From: Candidatus Uhrbacteria bacterium
GTDB lineage: Bacteria > Patescibacteriota > Patescibacteriia > UBA9934 > GWF2-40-263
NCBI GenBank assembly: GCA_016844925.1
Contig: JAERTI010000038.1
Span: 66,936 to 130,935 of the forward strand
Reading direction: 5' to 3'
DNA: 64,000 nucleotides
Part shown: in pieces, positions 49,913-58,597 of the stretch
Layout: the number at the start of each line of letters is the position of its first letter
How positions within the stretch are numbered: the stretch's first letter is position 1
The notes under the pieces: model-generated
Told to the model about the DNA's origin: nothing
What the model saw: the letters and a program-made list of their open reading frames with translations, nothing else
Database searches by the model: none
Translations under genes and position numbers: made by a program

Positions 49913-50121
49913 GGCCGTCTCCGGTTCAGTTGTAAGGATCTGTCTCTAGACTATCGAGATCTGCAAGGTGCGTACGCAAAACAAAGAACCGCCAGACTTG
50001 GTGTGAGTCTGGTGGGGAAGTTTGGCCCTAAGGTTAGGGGTGCTTGGTGGGGTTAGGGGAGTGGGTGTTGACGAAAAATCTCGTCGTCAGTATTGTAAAA
50101 ATAACACTTACCCACACCTGT

Positions 50122-50874
50122 ATGCCCACACCACTGAAAACACTTCTTAAGCGTCTTGGTCTTTCTGAAAAAGAAGCACAGGTCTATTTAGCCTCGCTTC
50201 GTCTTGGAGAAGCGACGGTGACGCAGATTGCCCATGGGATGAAGATGCAGCGCACGACCGTGGCGAGTATTCTTGATCGATTGCGCGAGCGTGGGTTGAT
50301 TACGCAGAAGACGTCTAAGGGCAGGCGTGTCTATTGGATCGAGGATCCGCACGTGCTTGTAGAGCATGAGCAGGCGCGTCTGCATGTGGTTGAGCAGATT
50401 GCTGGGCGACTTCATGCGCAGTATCACCAGGCGGACAAGAAACCAAGTGCGGAGGTGTTTGATACAAAGGAGGGGTTGCGGAAGTTGATAACGCGCGTGG
50501 TGGCTGAGCTGCGTAAGGGGGATGAGGTACTCACGTTTGAGTCACCGGCAGCGAATCACTATCAGGCCGTGCTGACAGATGAAATGTTTCACGCCCTGGC
50601 AAAACAGAAAGATAAAAAAGGTGTACAGACACGTTCGCTTGTTCCATCAGGACAGGAGGAGTCGATTCGTCCTGGGGCGCTTGAGCATAATGTGCAGGTG
50701 CGCGTAATGCCGCCGGGTGTGCTCGTGGAGTCGTCCTTCTGGATGTATCGCAATACCTTGGTGCTGTTCTCTGGGACACACACATTCGCCGTGGTGATTT
50801 CGCATCGTCACATGAAAGAGTCCATGGCGTCGCTGTTTGAGATGGCCTGGGCGCAGTCGCAGCCGATTGGTTGA
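50122..50874 (+). CDS. TrmB-family transcriptional regulator
   Basis: N-terminal wHTH LGLSEKEAQVYLASLRLGEATVTQIAHGMKMQRTTVASILDRLRERGLI. A TTGACG-N17-TATTGT promoter lies at 50068-50102. Confidence 0.7.
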   Translation: MPTPLKTLLKRLGLSEKEAQVYLASLRLGEATVTQIAHGMKMQRTTVASILDRLRERGLITQKTSKGRRVYWIEDPHVLVEHEQARLHVVEQIAGRLHAQYHQADKKPSAEVFDTKEGLRKLITRVVAELRKGDEVLTFESPAANHYQAVLTDEMFHALAKQKDKKGVQTRSLVPSGQEESIRPGALEHNVQVRVMPPGVLVESSFWMYRNTLVLFSGTHTFAVVISHRHMKESMASLFEMAWAQSQPIG

Positions 50875-50947
50875 CAATTGGCTGTTTTTTCTTTATTCTT
50901 TCGCGTTCGTGAGTCTCAGGCTTACGGCGTTTTCTGGAGGACAGAAC

Positions 50948-52180
50948 ATGAACCAGCAAGACATCGCTCAGGCAGTCAGACAGTTGGTGGGCGGATCCCA
51001 TCGGGTGATCGTCTGCGCCACCGGTTCCAACGGTGGCATCGACAAGTGGCTGACGGTGCCGGGAGCGAGCAGCTTCTACGACGGCTACAACTTCACCTAC
51101 AACCGGAACATGACCACCGAACTGATCGGTCAAGAGGTCGACGGGTCGTTCGTCTCGCCAGAGATGGCGATCCAGTTGGCGGCCGCGGGCTACGAGCGCG
51201 CGTGCAAGTACGCGGTGCTCGACGGTCAGGCTGGCCGGCCCATCATCGCGGTGGGGGTCACATCTTCGCTTCCGAGCGACTACGACAAGCGTAGTCCCAA
51301 CCAGGCGTACATCTGTGCACGCACGGCGAAGGGGTTCTTCCTCGTGCACTTGCAGCTTCCCAAGGAGCCTCGTCAGGATGAGGCTTTGAAGCGGATGTCT
51401 CTCTCTGAGCTTCAGGCCATCCGCGATGAGATGCGTGAAGAGCAGTCGCAGATCGTCGATCTGGTCGCGCTCAACACCATCCTGAAGTTGGCGGACGCTG
51501 AGCAGGTAGCCATGGAGGCAGCTGGGACTCGGTGCGAACAGTTCTACGGATTCCCTGGGTCGATGGCTGTCGAACCCCAGCGCATCGACGCCGACCCCGA
51601 GGACATCTTCGATCAGGTCTTCGGCCTCGATCAGGATCCCGTGATCGATCGGGTGAACTGGTCGGATTACGTCCTGTTCCCCGGCAGCTTCAACCCGCTG
51701 CACTACGGTCACCTGGCCATGGCGGGGTGGATGGAGTACCGGACCCAGCGCAAGGTGGTCTTCCAGATCTCCCAGCACCACCCGGTCAAGGTGGAGCTGG
51801 CTTTCAAGGAGGACTTGCTTCGCCGGCGCATGCGGCAGTTCCGCTACCGACATCCGGTGGTGGTGACCCGTCACGAGGGCCTCTACTTCGACAAGTCCAA
51901 GCGCTTCCCGGGCGCGCACATGCTTCTGGGCGCCGACGCACTGATGCACATGCTCAACCCGGAGTTCTACCCCGAGGGCGTGGTGTCCATCGTCAAGGAG
52001 CTCGAGGGGTGCCGGCAGCGAGGAACGGTCTTCTGGGTCGTGGATCGTCAGGTCGGTGACGACCTGCTCACGCTCGACAACATCGTCCTGCCGCCGGGGC
52101 CGTTCGACGACCTGTTCCAGCACCTGAGTGCGGTCAACACCATCTCCAGCTCGGAGATCCGCGCACAGCAGGGTCGCTAA
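50948..52180 (+). CDS. fusion protein: CinA-C/PncC-like (NMN deamidase) domain + NadD-like nicotinate-nucleotide adenylyltransferase
   Basis: N-terminal ATGSNGGIDKWLTVPGASSFYDGYNFTYN...GSFVSPEMAIQLAAAG matches the CinA C-terminal domain. C-terminal FPGSFNPLHYGH and ISSSEIR match NadD. RBS ggaggacagaacATG. Confidence 0.7.
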   Translation: MNQQDIAQAVRQLVGGSHRVIVCATGSNGGIDKWLTVPGASSFYDGYNFTYNRNMTTELIGQEVDGSFVSPEMAIQLAAAGYERACKYAVLDGQAGRPIIAVGVTSSLPSDYDKRSPNQAYICARTAKGFFLVHLQLPKEPRQDEALKRMSLSELQAIRDEMREEQSQIVDLVALNTILKLADAEQVAMEAAGTRCEQFYGFPGSMAVEPQRIDADPEDIFDQVFGLDQDPVIDRVNWSDYVLFPGSFNPLHYGHLAMAGWMEYRTQRKVVFQISQHHPVKVELAFKEDLLRRRMRQFRYRHPVVVTRHEGLYFDKSKRFPGAHMLLGADALMHMLNPEFYPEGVVSIVKELEGCRQRGTVFWVVDRQVGDDLLTLDNIVLPPGPFDDLFQHLSAVNTISSSEIRAQQGR

Positions 52181-52216
52181 GACCCACGCGAGTCCAAACG
52201 GGGCTCGCTTTTTTGA

Positions 52217-52245
52217 TTGACAGCGGAGGTGTTTCTCGGTAGGTT
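52217..52245 (+). promoter_or_regulatory. sigma70-like promoter TTGACA-N17-TAGGTT immediately after a terminator
   Basis: Hairpin cgagtccaaacggggctcg plus a T-tract at 52189-52215, then TTGACA. Confidence 0.5.
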
Positions 52246-52273
52246 TTGCTCTGGCTCAGTAAGGAGGAGACCA

Positions 52274-53005
52274 ATGGATTTGCCGATTTTGGTGCCCTGG
52301 ACAGTGAAGCGGGGAGTGACTCGCCCACACGAGAAAGAGGCACCTGAGGCGATGGTCTTCCGTCTCCTTGGTGTGCCTAGCTGCGACGAGGTTGAGATTC
52401 TCGACATCCAAGAGGGGGCCGTGCGGTTCCTTGCTGGTGGACGAGAGAGAGTCACTTCACTGAGCAGCGCCCGCATGTGGGCGCTCACTGGATGGCTTCT
52501 GACTCGGATGCACACACTCAGGGAAGACAGAACCTACGTCGAGCTTCTCGTGGTCCTGGGCCCAGGTGGTGACCTGTTGTGTCAGCGCAAGGACATGGAC
52601 TACCCGGAGGAGTCCTTCCGTGGGAAGTTGTCACTGTTTGGTGGCGGGGTTCACGAGGGGGAGTCGCGTCCGGGGGCCTGTGTTCGGGAATTGTACGAAG
52701 AGATTCGTGATCTGGTTACAGCCGACGAGATCGCCAACGCGCTCGAGGAAGGTCCGCTGCTGACATTTCCGTACCAGGGGGTGCGGTACCAGGCCGGGGG
52801 AACGATTGCTCGAGCACCGGACGCAGATACGTTCGAGCGCTGGCGTCGTGTCCTCTCAGATCCGGCGAACCTTGGTGAGGCGCAGCCCGCCTTTGTTCCA
52901 GGTTTTGATCTGGTGCCCATGATTGCCGAGCAGTGCCTGCAGCCCCTCAAGCACTTCGCTGGCGTTCACCACCTCGTCATCGCTGCTGTTCTTGCTTTGC
53001 CTTGA
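52274..53005 (+). CDS. Nudix hydrolase with N-terminal extension
   Basis: Nudix box GGGVHEGESRPGACVRELYEEIR. RBS aaggaggagaccaATG. 243 aa. Confidence 0.75.
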   Translation: MDLPILVPWTVKRGVTRPHEKEAPEAMVFRLLGVPSCDEVEILDIQEGAVRFLAGGRERVTSLSSARMWALTGWLLTRMHTLREDRTYVELLVVLGPGGDLLCQRKDMDYPEESFRGKLSLFGGGVHEGESRPGACVRELYEEIRDLVTADEIANALEEGPLLTFPYQGVRYQAGGTIARAPDADTFERWRRVLSDPANLGEAQPAFVPGFDLVPMIAEQCLQPLKHFAGVHHLVIAAVLALP

Positions 53006-53021
53006 GTACGAGGCTTCGCAC

Positions 53022-53079
53022 GCGATCCTACGCAAGGGTCGCTTTTTTGATTGACACACAGGGAGGACTCTCGTATTCT
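53022..53079 (+). promoter_or_regulatory. terminator (repeat of 46245-46274) fused to promoter TTGACA-N17-TATTCT
   Basis: gcgatcctacgcaagggtcgcttttttgaTTGACAcacagggaggactctcgTATTCT. Confidence 0.55.
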
Positions 53080-53104
53080 CGGTCTGGATTCAACAGGAGG
53101 TCCA

Positions 53105-53584
53105 ATGAGCACACTGGCAGGCCGAACCATTCTGTACCCCGTACCGGTTCCCGGAGGAGGAGAGAAGACCGAGACCTTCGTTCTGGGAGATGGAGAGATG
53201 GCGCTCGTCGAAGCGATGACGAGCGCAGGTCTCTCGCGAGATCACTTCTGGGCCTACATGGCCGAGACCTACCCCAGGCACGTGATGGCGCCGCAGTGGC
53301 GTCGAGACTCGGGGACGCGGGGCGGTGTCGACGTCGCGGAGTTCATCCGTGCGATCCCGAGCGACCCTCGCTGGGTCGAGATGATCCAGATGTTCTACAC
53401 GGGCCGCTACGACGGCGAGCTCACCGAGGACATCACGCCGCCGGTGATGGCGCTCATCATGTGGGTCAAGGGAGAGGACTTCCTCTCCTTCCGCCACTGG
53501 GTGGAGTTCCTCGAGGCGGTGCAGAACCGTCCGAGCTCCGTCGCCAAGAAGCTCGGGATGTCCGAGGAGGGACCCCGGCTCTGA
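53105..53584 (+). CDS. hypothetical protein, paralog A of a tandem pair
   Basis: RBS aggaggtccaATG. Shares FW.Y.AE.YP....AP.WRR.SGT..G......RAIP.D with the next gene. GC-rich. Confidence 0.55.
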   Translation: MSTLAGRTILYPVPVPGGGEKTETFVLGDGEMALVEAMTSAGLSRDHFWAYMAETYPRHVMAPQWRRDSGTRGGVDVAEFIRAIPSDPRWVEMIQMFYTGRYDGELTEDITPPVMALIMWVKGEDFLSFRHWVEFLEAVQNRPSSVAKKLGMSEEGPRL

Positions 53585-53630
53585 CGAGCACACGGCTCGC
53601 GCTCCGACAACGACGTCGGGGCTTTTTTGT

Positions 53631-53658
53631 TTGACACCTCTTGGGGGTTTGTTAGGAT
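53631..53658 (+). promoter_or_regulatory. promoter TTGACA-N16-TAGGAT after terminator
   Basis: ccgacaacgacgtcgggg hairpin plus T-tract at 53604-53629, then TTGACA. Confidence 0.45.
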
Positions 53659-53682
53659 CCTTCGCGAAAGGAGGGATGTTTC

Positions 53683-54186
53683 ATGAACCCTCTTGAGACC
53701 GGCAAGGTGCTCTATTCGGTGTACGAAGGAGACCGACAGGTGATCAAGGAGCACACGCTCACTGCTGGGGAGAGGCTCATCCTGGAGACGATGGACGAGC
53801 ACGAGTACACTCTGGACATCTTTTGGGGCTACCTGGCCGAGATGTACCCCGAGTGTCCCGAAGCTCCGGCCTGGCGACGTCGGTCTGGAACGACCAACGG
53901 CATCCTGGTGAGTCGGTACCTGCGCGCGATTCCCAACGACCGTCATGGCTACTCGGTCTGGCGTCGTTGGATCCGCGAACGGTTCTTCCGTCGGTTCGAC
54001 GACGTTGTCGAAGCGCCGGGGGACGATGTGCGTGAGGAGGCCATGGCCATGGTGCTGTGGCTGAACCAGATCGTTTTCGTCGAGCACGAGGCCTGGGTGC
54101 CGTTCGTGCAGGCGTCGCGTCGCACGCTTCGCTACAAGCCCTCCAAGGAAGCTCGGCTTCGCGAGCAGGAGGCACTCTCGGCCTAG
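53683..54186 (+). CDS. hypothetical protein, paralog B of a tandem pair
   Basis: RBS aaaggagggatgtttcATG. Homologous over its full length to 53105-53584. Confidence 0.55.
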   Translation: MNPLETGKVLYSVYEGDRQVIKEHTLTAGERLILETMDEHEYTLDIFWGYLAEMYPECPEAPAWRRRSGTTNGILVSRYLRAIPNDRHGYSVWRRWIRERFFRRFDDVVEAPGDDVREEAMAMVLWLNQIVFVEHEAWVPFVQASRRTLRYKPSKEARLREQEALSA

Positions 54187-54253
54187 CGCCGATCCGAGGT
54201 ACGCAACCTCGGATTTTTATTTGGCAAAAAGAAAACGACCCAGCGGGTCGAAG

Positions 54254-54670
54254 TTAGGCGTCGGTCATAAGGAGGCTCATGACTTGATCGCGGAGCACTT
54301 GCTCCGGAAGGTGTTCGTGGGCAGACCAGCGTTGCAGATCCTCGGGACTGACGTCGAGGTGGACCTGTAGCTGGTCGGCGAGGTGGGGGTGGTTAACTCT
54401 CACCAGCAGGATGATGTGCGCGTACACGTCATCCGGCCACGAGAGGAAGGTGTCGAGTTGGACAGAAAGTCTGTCTCTTTGACCCTCGTGAGGAAGCGAT
54501 TTTCCCACGGACCATCGTGCCAGGTCGCTCGGAAGGGTCTTGATGTGCGTGGCCAGTACGAGGTGGGCGAACGTCGGGAGACGAGCAAGGAGCGTCTCGA
54601 TGCGGCGCCGAAACGTCTGCTGGGTCGATGATCTGACGAGCATGGAGACCTTTCTGTGATCGTAGCTCAC
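54254..54670 (-). CDS. hypothetical protein
   Basis: 138-aa ORF, GC-rich. No recognisable domain. Confidence 0.4.
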   Translation of the reverse strand: MSYDHRKVSMLVRSSTQQTFRRRIETLLARLPTFAHLVLATHIKTLPSDLARWSVGKSLPHEGQRDRLSVQLDTFLSWPDDVYAHIILLVRVNHPHLADQLQVHLDVSPEDLQRWSAHEHLPEQVLRDQVMSLLMTDA

Positions 54671-54749
54671 GGTGGCAGCGTGGGGTAAGTCTATCGCTGG
54701 CTCCTAAGAGGGTCAAGAAAAAACCACCCGTGCGTCGGGTGGGGGTAGA

Positions 54750-55388
54750 TCAGGCCGCGAGGGACTCGAGCTCGCGAGCGATGTTCTCGCGGGCGTGGGC
54801 CTCCAGGGCGTGGCGCAGCTGCGGCGTCTGGTAGATGTGCGGCCTCTCGAGGAACGTGCGCATGAACCTGGCGCGTAGGAGCTCGTAGTCATCTCCACGG
54901 ATCCAGCCGTACTCCTTGCGGATGTCCGTGGTGTACGCGTCGTAGCGCTCGCGGGTCGCGCCAAGGATGGCCAGGTCGATGTCGTTCACCCAGCAGGTGG
55001 CGTTGTCGTCCGAGGCAGCGTGACCCTTGGTGGCCATGATGAGCGCCTCCACGCGGGTGACCACCGGCAGCGAGAGCATCTGCGAGTCCTGGAGCCCGGA
55101 GTCCGTCAGGAAGACGGTTCTGAACTGCAGTGCACTGCTCTGCTCGTTGTCCATGTTCTCGGGGACGTAGACGGCATCGTGCCAGAAGAGCGCAAGCGCG
55201 ACGAGAGCTGGGTTCTCCATGTGAGAGCGGTGCTGCTGCCAGAGAGCGAAGCACTCGTCCAGGTGCTGGCGCGTGTGGTAGTGCCGCTGAGGCATCCCAT
55301 ACTGACGCATCAGCATGTTGAATACGTCGCGCCGGGGCGGAAGGCCCCAGGTCTCCATGATCAGTTTCCAGATTTCGTACAGCCTCAT
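54750..55388 (-). CDS. HD-superfamily phosphohydrolase-like protein
   Basis: H..H...D...LALFWHDAVY arrangement of His/Asp typical of HD domains. 212 aa. Confidence 0.5.
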   Translation of the reverse strand: MRLYEIWKLIMETWGLPPRRDVFNMLMRQYGMPQRHYHTRQHLDECFALWQQHRSHMENPALVALALFWHDAVYVPENMDNEQSSALQFRTVFLTDSGLQDSQMLSLPVVTRVEALIMATKGHAASDDNATCWVNDIDLAILGATRERYDAYTTDIRKEYGWIRGDDYELLRARFMRTFLERPHIYQTPQLRHALEAHARENIARELESLAA

Positions 55389-55599
55389 GATTTCTCCTTG
55401 GAGAGAGGGGATTATGCCGTATCTTAGCGGCTTGTCAAGGTAGGTAGATCGTACAGGAGTTCTCTGATAGATGTGCGATCACGCAGCGGTGCTCATGCTG
55501 TGTAAGAAAAACTCCCGCTGTTGTTGAGTCATTCTTTCAAGACATAACGATGAAAGATTTCGTCAAAAGAAAAACCACCCGTGCGTCGGGTGGGGGTGT

Positions 55600-55989
55600 C
55601 TAGCGGATGCGGATGTCCGCGAGGCGGTCGGCCAGGACCCGAAGCATAGGATCGTGGCCACGCTCATCCAGGACGACATGCGTTGAATGTGGGACGTGCG
55701 TCCACTGGAGTTTGTCGGCTTCTGGGTGCACCAGAATGAACTCGACGACACTGTTGACGAGGTGCAGGGCGTAGACCAGCCGGAGCATCTCTGGCTGGCA
55801 GTAGATCAGGCACAGTCGGACGGTGTCACCGCAGGCTGATACGTCCGAGAGTGCTTCCTCGATGCTGGACCAGCGGCACAGTGGAGTGAGTCCCGCATGC
55901 GAGATCATCTGGTGGGCGCGACGGTCGACGTCTGCTGGGGCTTGGTCCATGCCCACAAGGTAGGCGCTGACGCCTCGAACCTTACTCAC
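55600..55989 (-). CDS. hypothetical protein (degenerate receiver-like fold?)
   Basis: 129 aa with an alternating beta/alpha pattern. Its start overlaps the stop of the upstream gene (ATGA). Confidence 0.4.
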   Translation of the reverse strand: MSKVRGVSAYLVGMDQAPADVDRRAHQMISHAGLTPLCRWSSIEEALSDVSACGDTVRLCLIYCQPEMLRLVYALHLVNSVVEFILVHPEADKLQWTHVPHSTHVVLDERGHDPMLRVLADRLADIRIR

Positions 55990-56405
55990 GAGGATCTCCC
56001 AGGCGCGCGCTCGGCGATCTTGTCGAGTTCGGCGCGGAGCCAGGTGAGGATGCGTTTGTTGGTGACACGTGTCATGTGAGGGTTGATGGCTGCCCCGACA
56101 AGCATCTCAACGGTGATGGACTCACCCTTGAGACGATGACGTTCGGCATCGATTCCGGTGCGCGCGCTCGAGTCGTCGTAGCGCTTGGGGCCCTCGCCGG
56201 TCAAGAGGTAGGTACTCGTCGGTCCGCGTGCCAGATTGGTCTCGGCGAACACGATGTCTTGCTGACTTGCTCGGAGAAGTTCCAGAGCGGTTCTTCCTTC
56301 GTTGGACCCGAGAAACTTCTTGAGCTCTCTGATGGCCCGATGGTCAGGTGGCGTACGCTGGTGGCTCCGGTAGCGCGCAGCGGCCTCCTCCCATTTGGCA
56401 GACAT
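55986..56405 (-). CDS. hypothetical protein
   Basis: 139 aa, GC-rich, coupled to the downstream ORF. Confidence 0.4.
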   Translation of the reverse strand: MSAKWEEAAARYRSHQRTPPDHRAIRELKKFLGSNEGRTALELLRASQQDIVFAETNLARGPTSTYLLTGEGPKRYDDSSARTGIDAERHRLKGESITVEMLVGAAINPHMTRVTNKRILTWLRAELDKIAERAPGRSS

Positions 56406-56510
56406 ATCCTCTCCTATGATTGGATGTGTGCGCCTGAAGAATGGCCGTTTTTTGTACTTGTGTCAATTGATCTCTTGACACCTTCCGGCTTGTGAGATCT
56501 CTGTAATTTG

Positions 56511-56525
56511 GTATCCTCTGGATAC
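56511..56525. promoter_or_regulatory. perfect palindrome GTATCC-TCT-GGATAC in the uvrB promoter region (candidate operator)
   Basis: 6-3-6 inverted repeat about 55 nt upstream of the uvrB ATG. It overlaps a possible -10 (TATCCT). Confidence 0.35.
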
Positions 56526-56580
56526 AAATCAATGATCCCACCCCCTAGTGCAACCGCGTTAGGGGGCGGTTCTGCTTTTT

Positions 56581-58596
56581 ATGAAATTTGAACTCAAATC
56601 AAACTACAAACCTGCGGGCGACCAACCAAAGGCGATCAAGCAATTGGTGGCTGGTCTTGAGGATGGCCAGCCGCACCAAACACTCTTGGGTGTCACCGGA
56701 TCGGGAAAGACGTTCACGATGGCGAACGTGATTGCGCAGACGCAGCGTCCGACGTTGGTGATCGCGCACAACAAGACGCTCGCGGCACAGCTGTGCAATG
56801 AGTTCAGGGAGTTTTTTCCAGATAATGTCGTGGAGTACTTTGTGAGTTACTACGATTACTACCAGCCTGAGGCCTACATGGCTCGCTCTGATACGTACAT
56901 CGAGAAAGAGGCAATGATTAACGATGAGATTGATCGATTGCGACATGCGGCCACGCAGGCATTGCTATCTCGTCGAGATGTGATCATTGTGGCGAGTGTT
57001 TCATGCATCTATTCATTGGGGAGCCCTGATGAGTATAAGAAGACCGTGTTACATCTCACGGTGGGAGATGAGGAGATGACGCGTACAGAGATTTTAAAGA
57101 GGCTCGTCTCCATGCAGTTTGATCGGACAACGGCGGATTTGGTGCGCGGATCGTTTCGGGCGCGTGGAGATGTGTTGGAGATTATGCCGATGAATGAGGA
57201 GGTGTTGTATCGGTTGCTTCTGGAAGATGAGAAGGTCATGACCATCCAGCAGCTCGATCCTGTCTCACGAAAGATTCAAGATACGTTGCAGGACATCTGG
57301 TTGTTTCCAGCCAAGCACTATGTTGTTTCCACGACGTCGCAGCAACGGGCGCTTAAGGCGATCCGCGCGGAGCTGAAGCAGCGACTGAAGGAGTTTGATA
57401 AAGATGGAAAGGTGCTTGAGGCCGAGCGATTGTCTCGGCGTACGCGTTATGACTTGGAGATGATTCAGAATATCGGGTACTGCAACGGCATCGAGAATTA
57501 CAGTTCACATTTTGAGGGGCGTGAGCCTGGGGAGCCGCCGTTCACGTTGATCGACTATTTTCCAGATGACTTCCTGACGATTATCGACGAGTCTCACGTG
57601 ACCGTTCCGCAGGTCGGAGCGATGTACAACGGAGACAAGGCGCGTAAGGAGAGTCTTGTCGAGCATGGGTTCCGGCTGCCGTCTGCTAAAGACAACCGTC
57701 CGCTGAAGTTTGTGGAGTTTGAAGATCGAATGAATCAGGTGATTTACACAAGCGCCACGCCGGGAGTGTATGAGAAGAAGGTATCGGGCAAGCCGGTGGA
57801 GCAGATTATTCGTCCAACAGGACTTGTCGACCCGGTGATCACAATTCGACCCGTGAGTGCGGATGAGAAGTATGACGGGCAGGTAGAGGATTTGATCCAG
57901 GAGGTTGAGAAGCGTGTTCAGATGAAAGAGCGAACACTGGTGACGACGCTGACCAAGAAGATGGCTGAGGACCTGACAGAGTTCCTCGTCGAGAGGGGGA
58001 TTAAAGTGCAGTATCTCCACTCGGATGTGAAAACGTTTGATCGTGTGCAGGTGCTCTCAGATTTGCGAAAGGGATTGTATGACGTCGTGGTGGGAGTGAA
58101 CTTGCTGCGTGAGGGGCTCGATCTGCCAGAGGTGACATTGGTAGCGATCCTTGATGCGGACAAAGAGGGATTCCTGCGCTCGGAAACGTCCATTGTTCAG
58201 ACAATCGGTCGTGCAGCTCGGAACGTGAAGGGGGAAGTGATTCTGTATGCCGACAAGATGACAGGCTCTCTGGAGAAGGCAATTAAGGAGACGGAGCGTC
58301 GTCGAAAAATTCAAATTGCCTACAACAAGAAGCACGGCATTACCCCTAAGACGGTTGCGAAGGAGATTAAGGACATGCGGGAGATGCTGGGGGTTGAAGG
58401 GGAGACGGATGTCAAAGAGATCCTCAAGTTGGAGCTGATAGCGGAGCCACATGAGCTCAAGGTCGTGATTAAAGAAAAGGAATACGACATGAAGGAGGCG
58501 GCGAAGAAGTTGGACTTTGAGACGGCGGCGCTGCTGAGAGATGAGATTGATCTTCTGAAAAAAGAACTCGAACAAAAAAAGAAGAAGCGTAAGTAG
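56581..58596 (+). CDS. uvrB: excinuclease ABC subunit B
   Basis: Helicase motifs GVTGSGKT and DESH. C-terminal UVR domain [14 protein letters not shown]. Confidence 0.95.
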   Translation: MKFELKSNYKPAGDQPKAIKQLVAGLEDGQPHQTLLGVTGSGKTFTMANVIAQTQRPTLVIAHNKTLAAQLCNEFREFFPDNVVEYFVSYYDYYQPEAYMARSDTYIEKEAMINDEIDRLRHAATQALLSRRDVIIVASVSCIYSLGSPDEYKKTVLHLTVGDEEMTRTEILKRLVSMQFDRTTADLVRGSFRARGDVLEIMPMNEEVLYRLLLEDEKVMTIQQLDPVSRKIQDTLQDIWLFPAKHYVVSTTSQQRALKAIRAELKQRLKEFDKDGKVLEAERLSRRTRYDLEMIQNIGYCNGIENYSSHFEGREPGEPPFTLIDYFPDDFLTIIDESHVTVPQVGAMYNGDKARKESLVEHGFRLPSAKDNRPLKFVEFEDRMNQVIYTSATPGVYEKKVSGKPVEQIIRPTGLVDPVITIRPVSADEKYDGQVEDLIQEVEKRVQMKERTLVTTLTKKMAEDLTEFLVERGIKVQYLHSDVKTFDRVQVLSDLRKGLYDVVVGVNLLREGLDLPEVTLVAILDADKEGFLRSETSIVQTIGRAARNVKGEVILYADKMTGSLEKAIKETERRRKIQIAYNKKHGITPKTVAKEIKDMREMLGVEGETDVKEILKLELIAEPHELKVVIKEKEYDMKEAAKKLDFETAALLRDEIDLLKKELEQKKKKRK

Positions 58597-58597
58597 T

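Noticed and set aside
50531-52123. 530-aa ORF antisense to the PncC-NadD fusion gene
   Set aside because: Shadow frame with no RBS. The sense frame carries CinA_C and NadD motifs.
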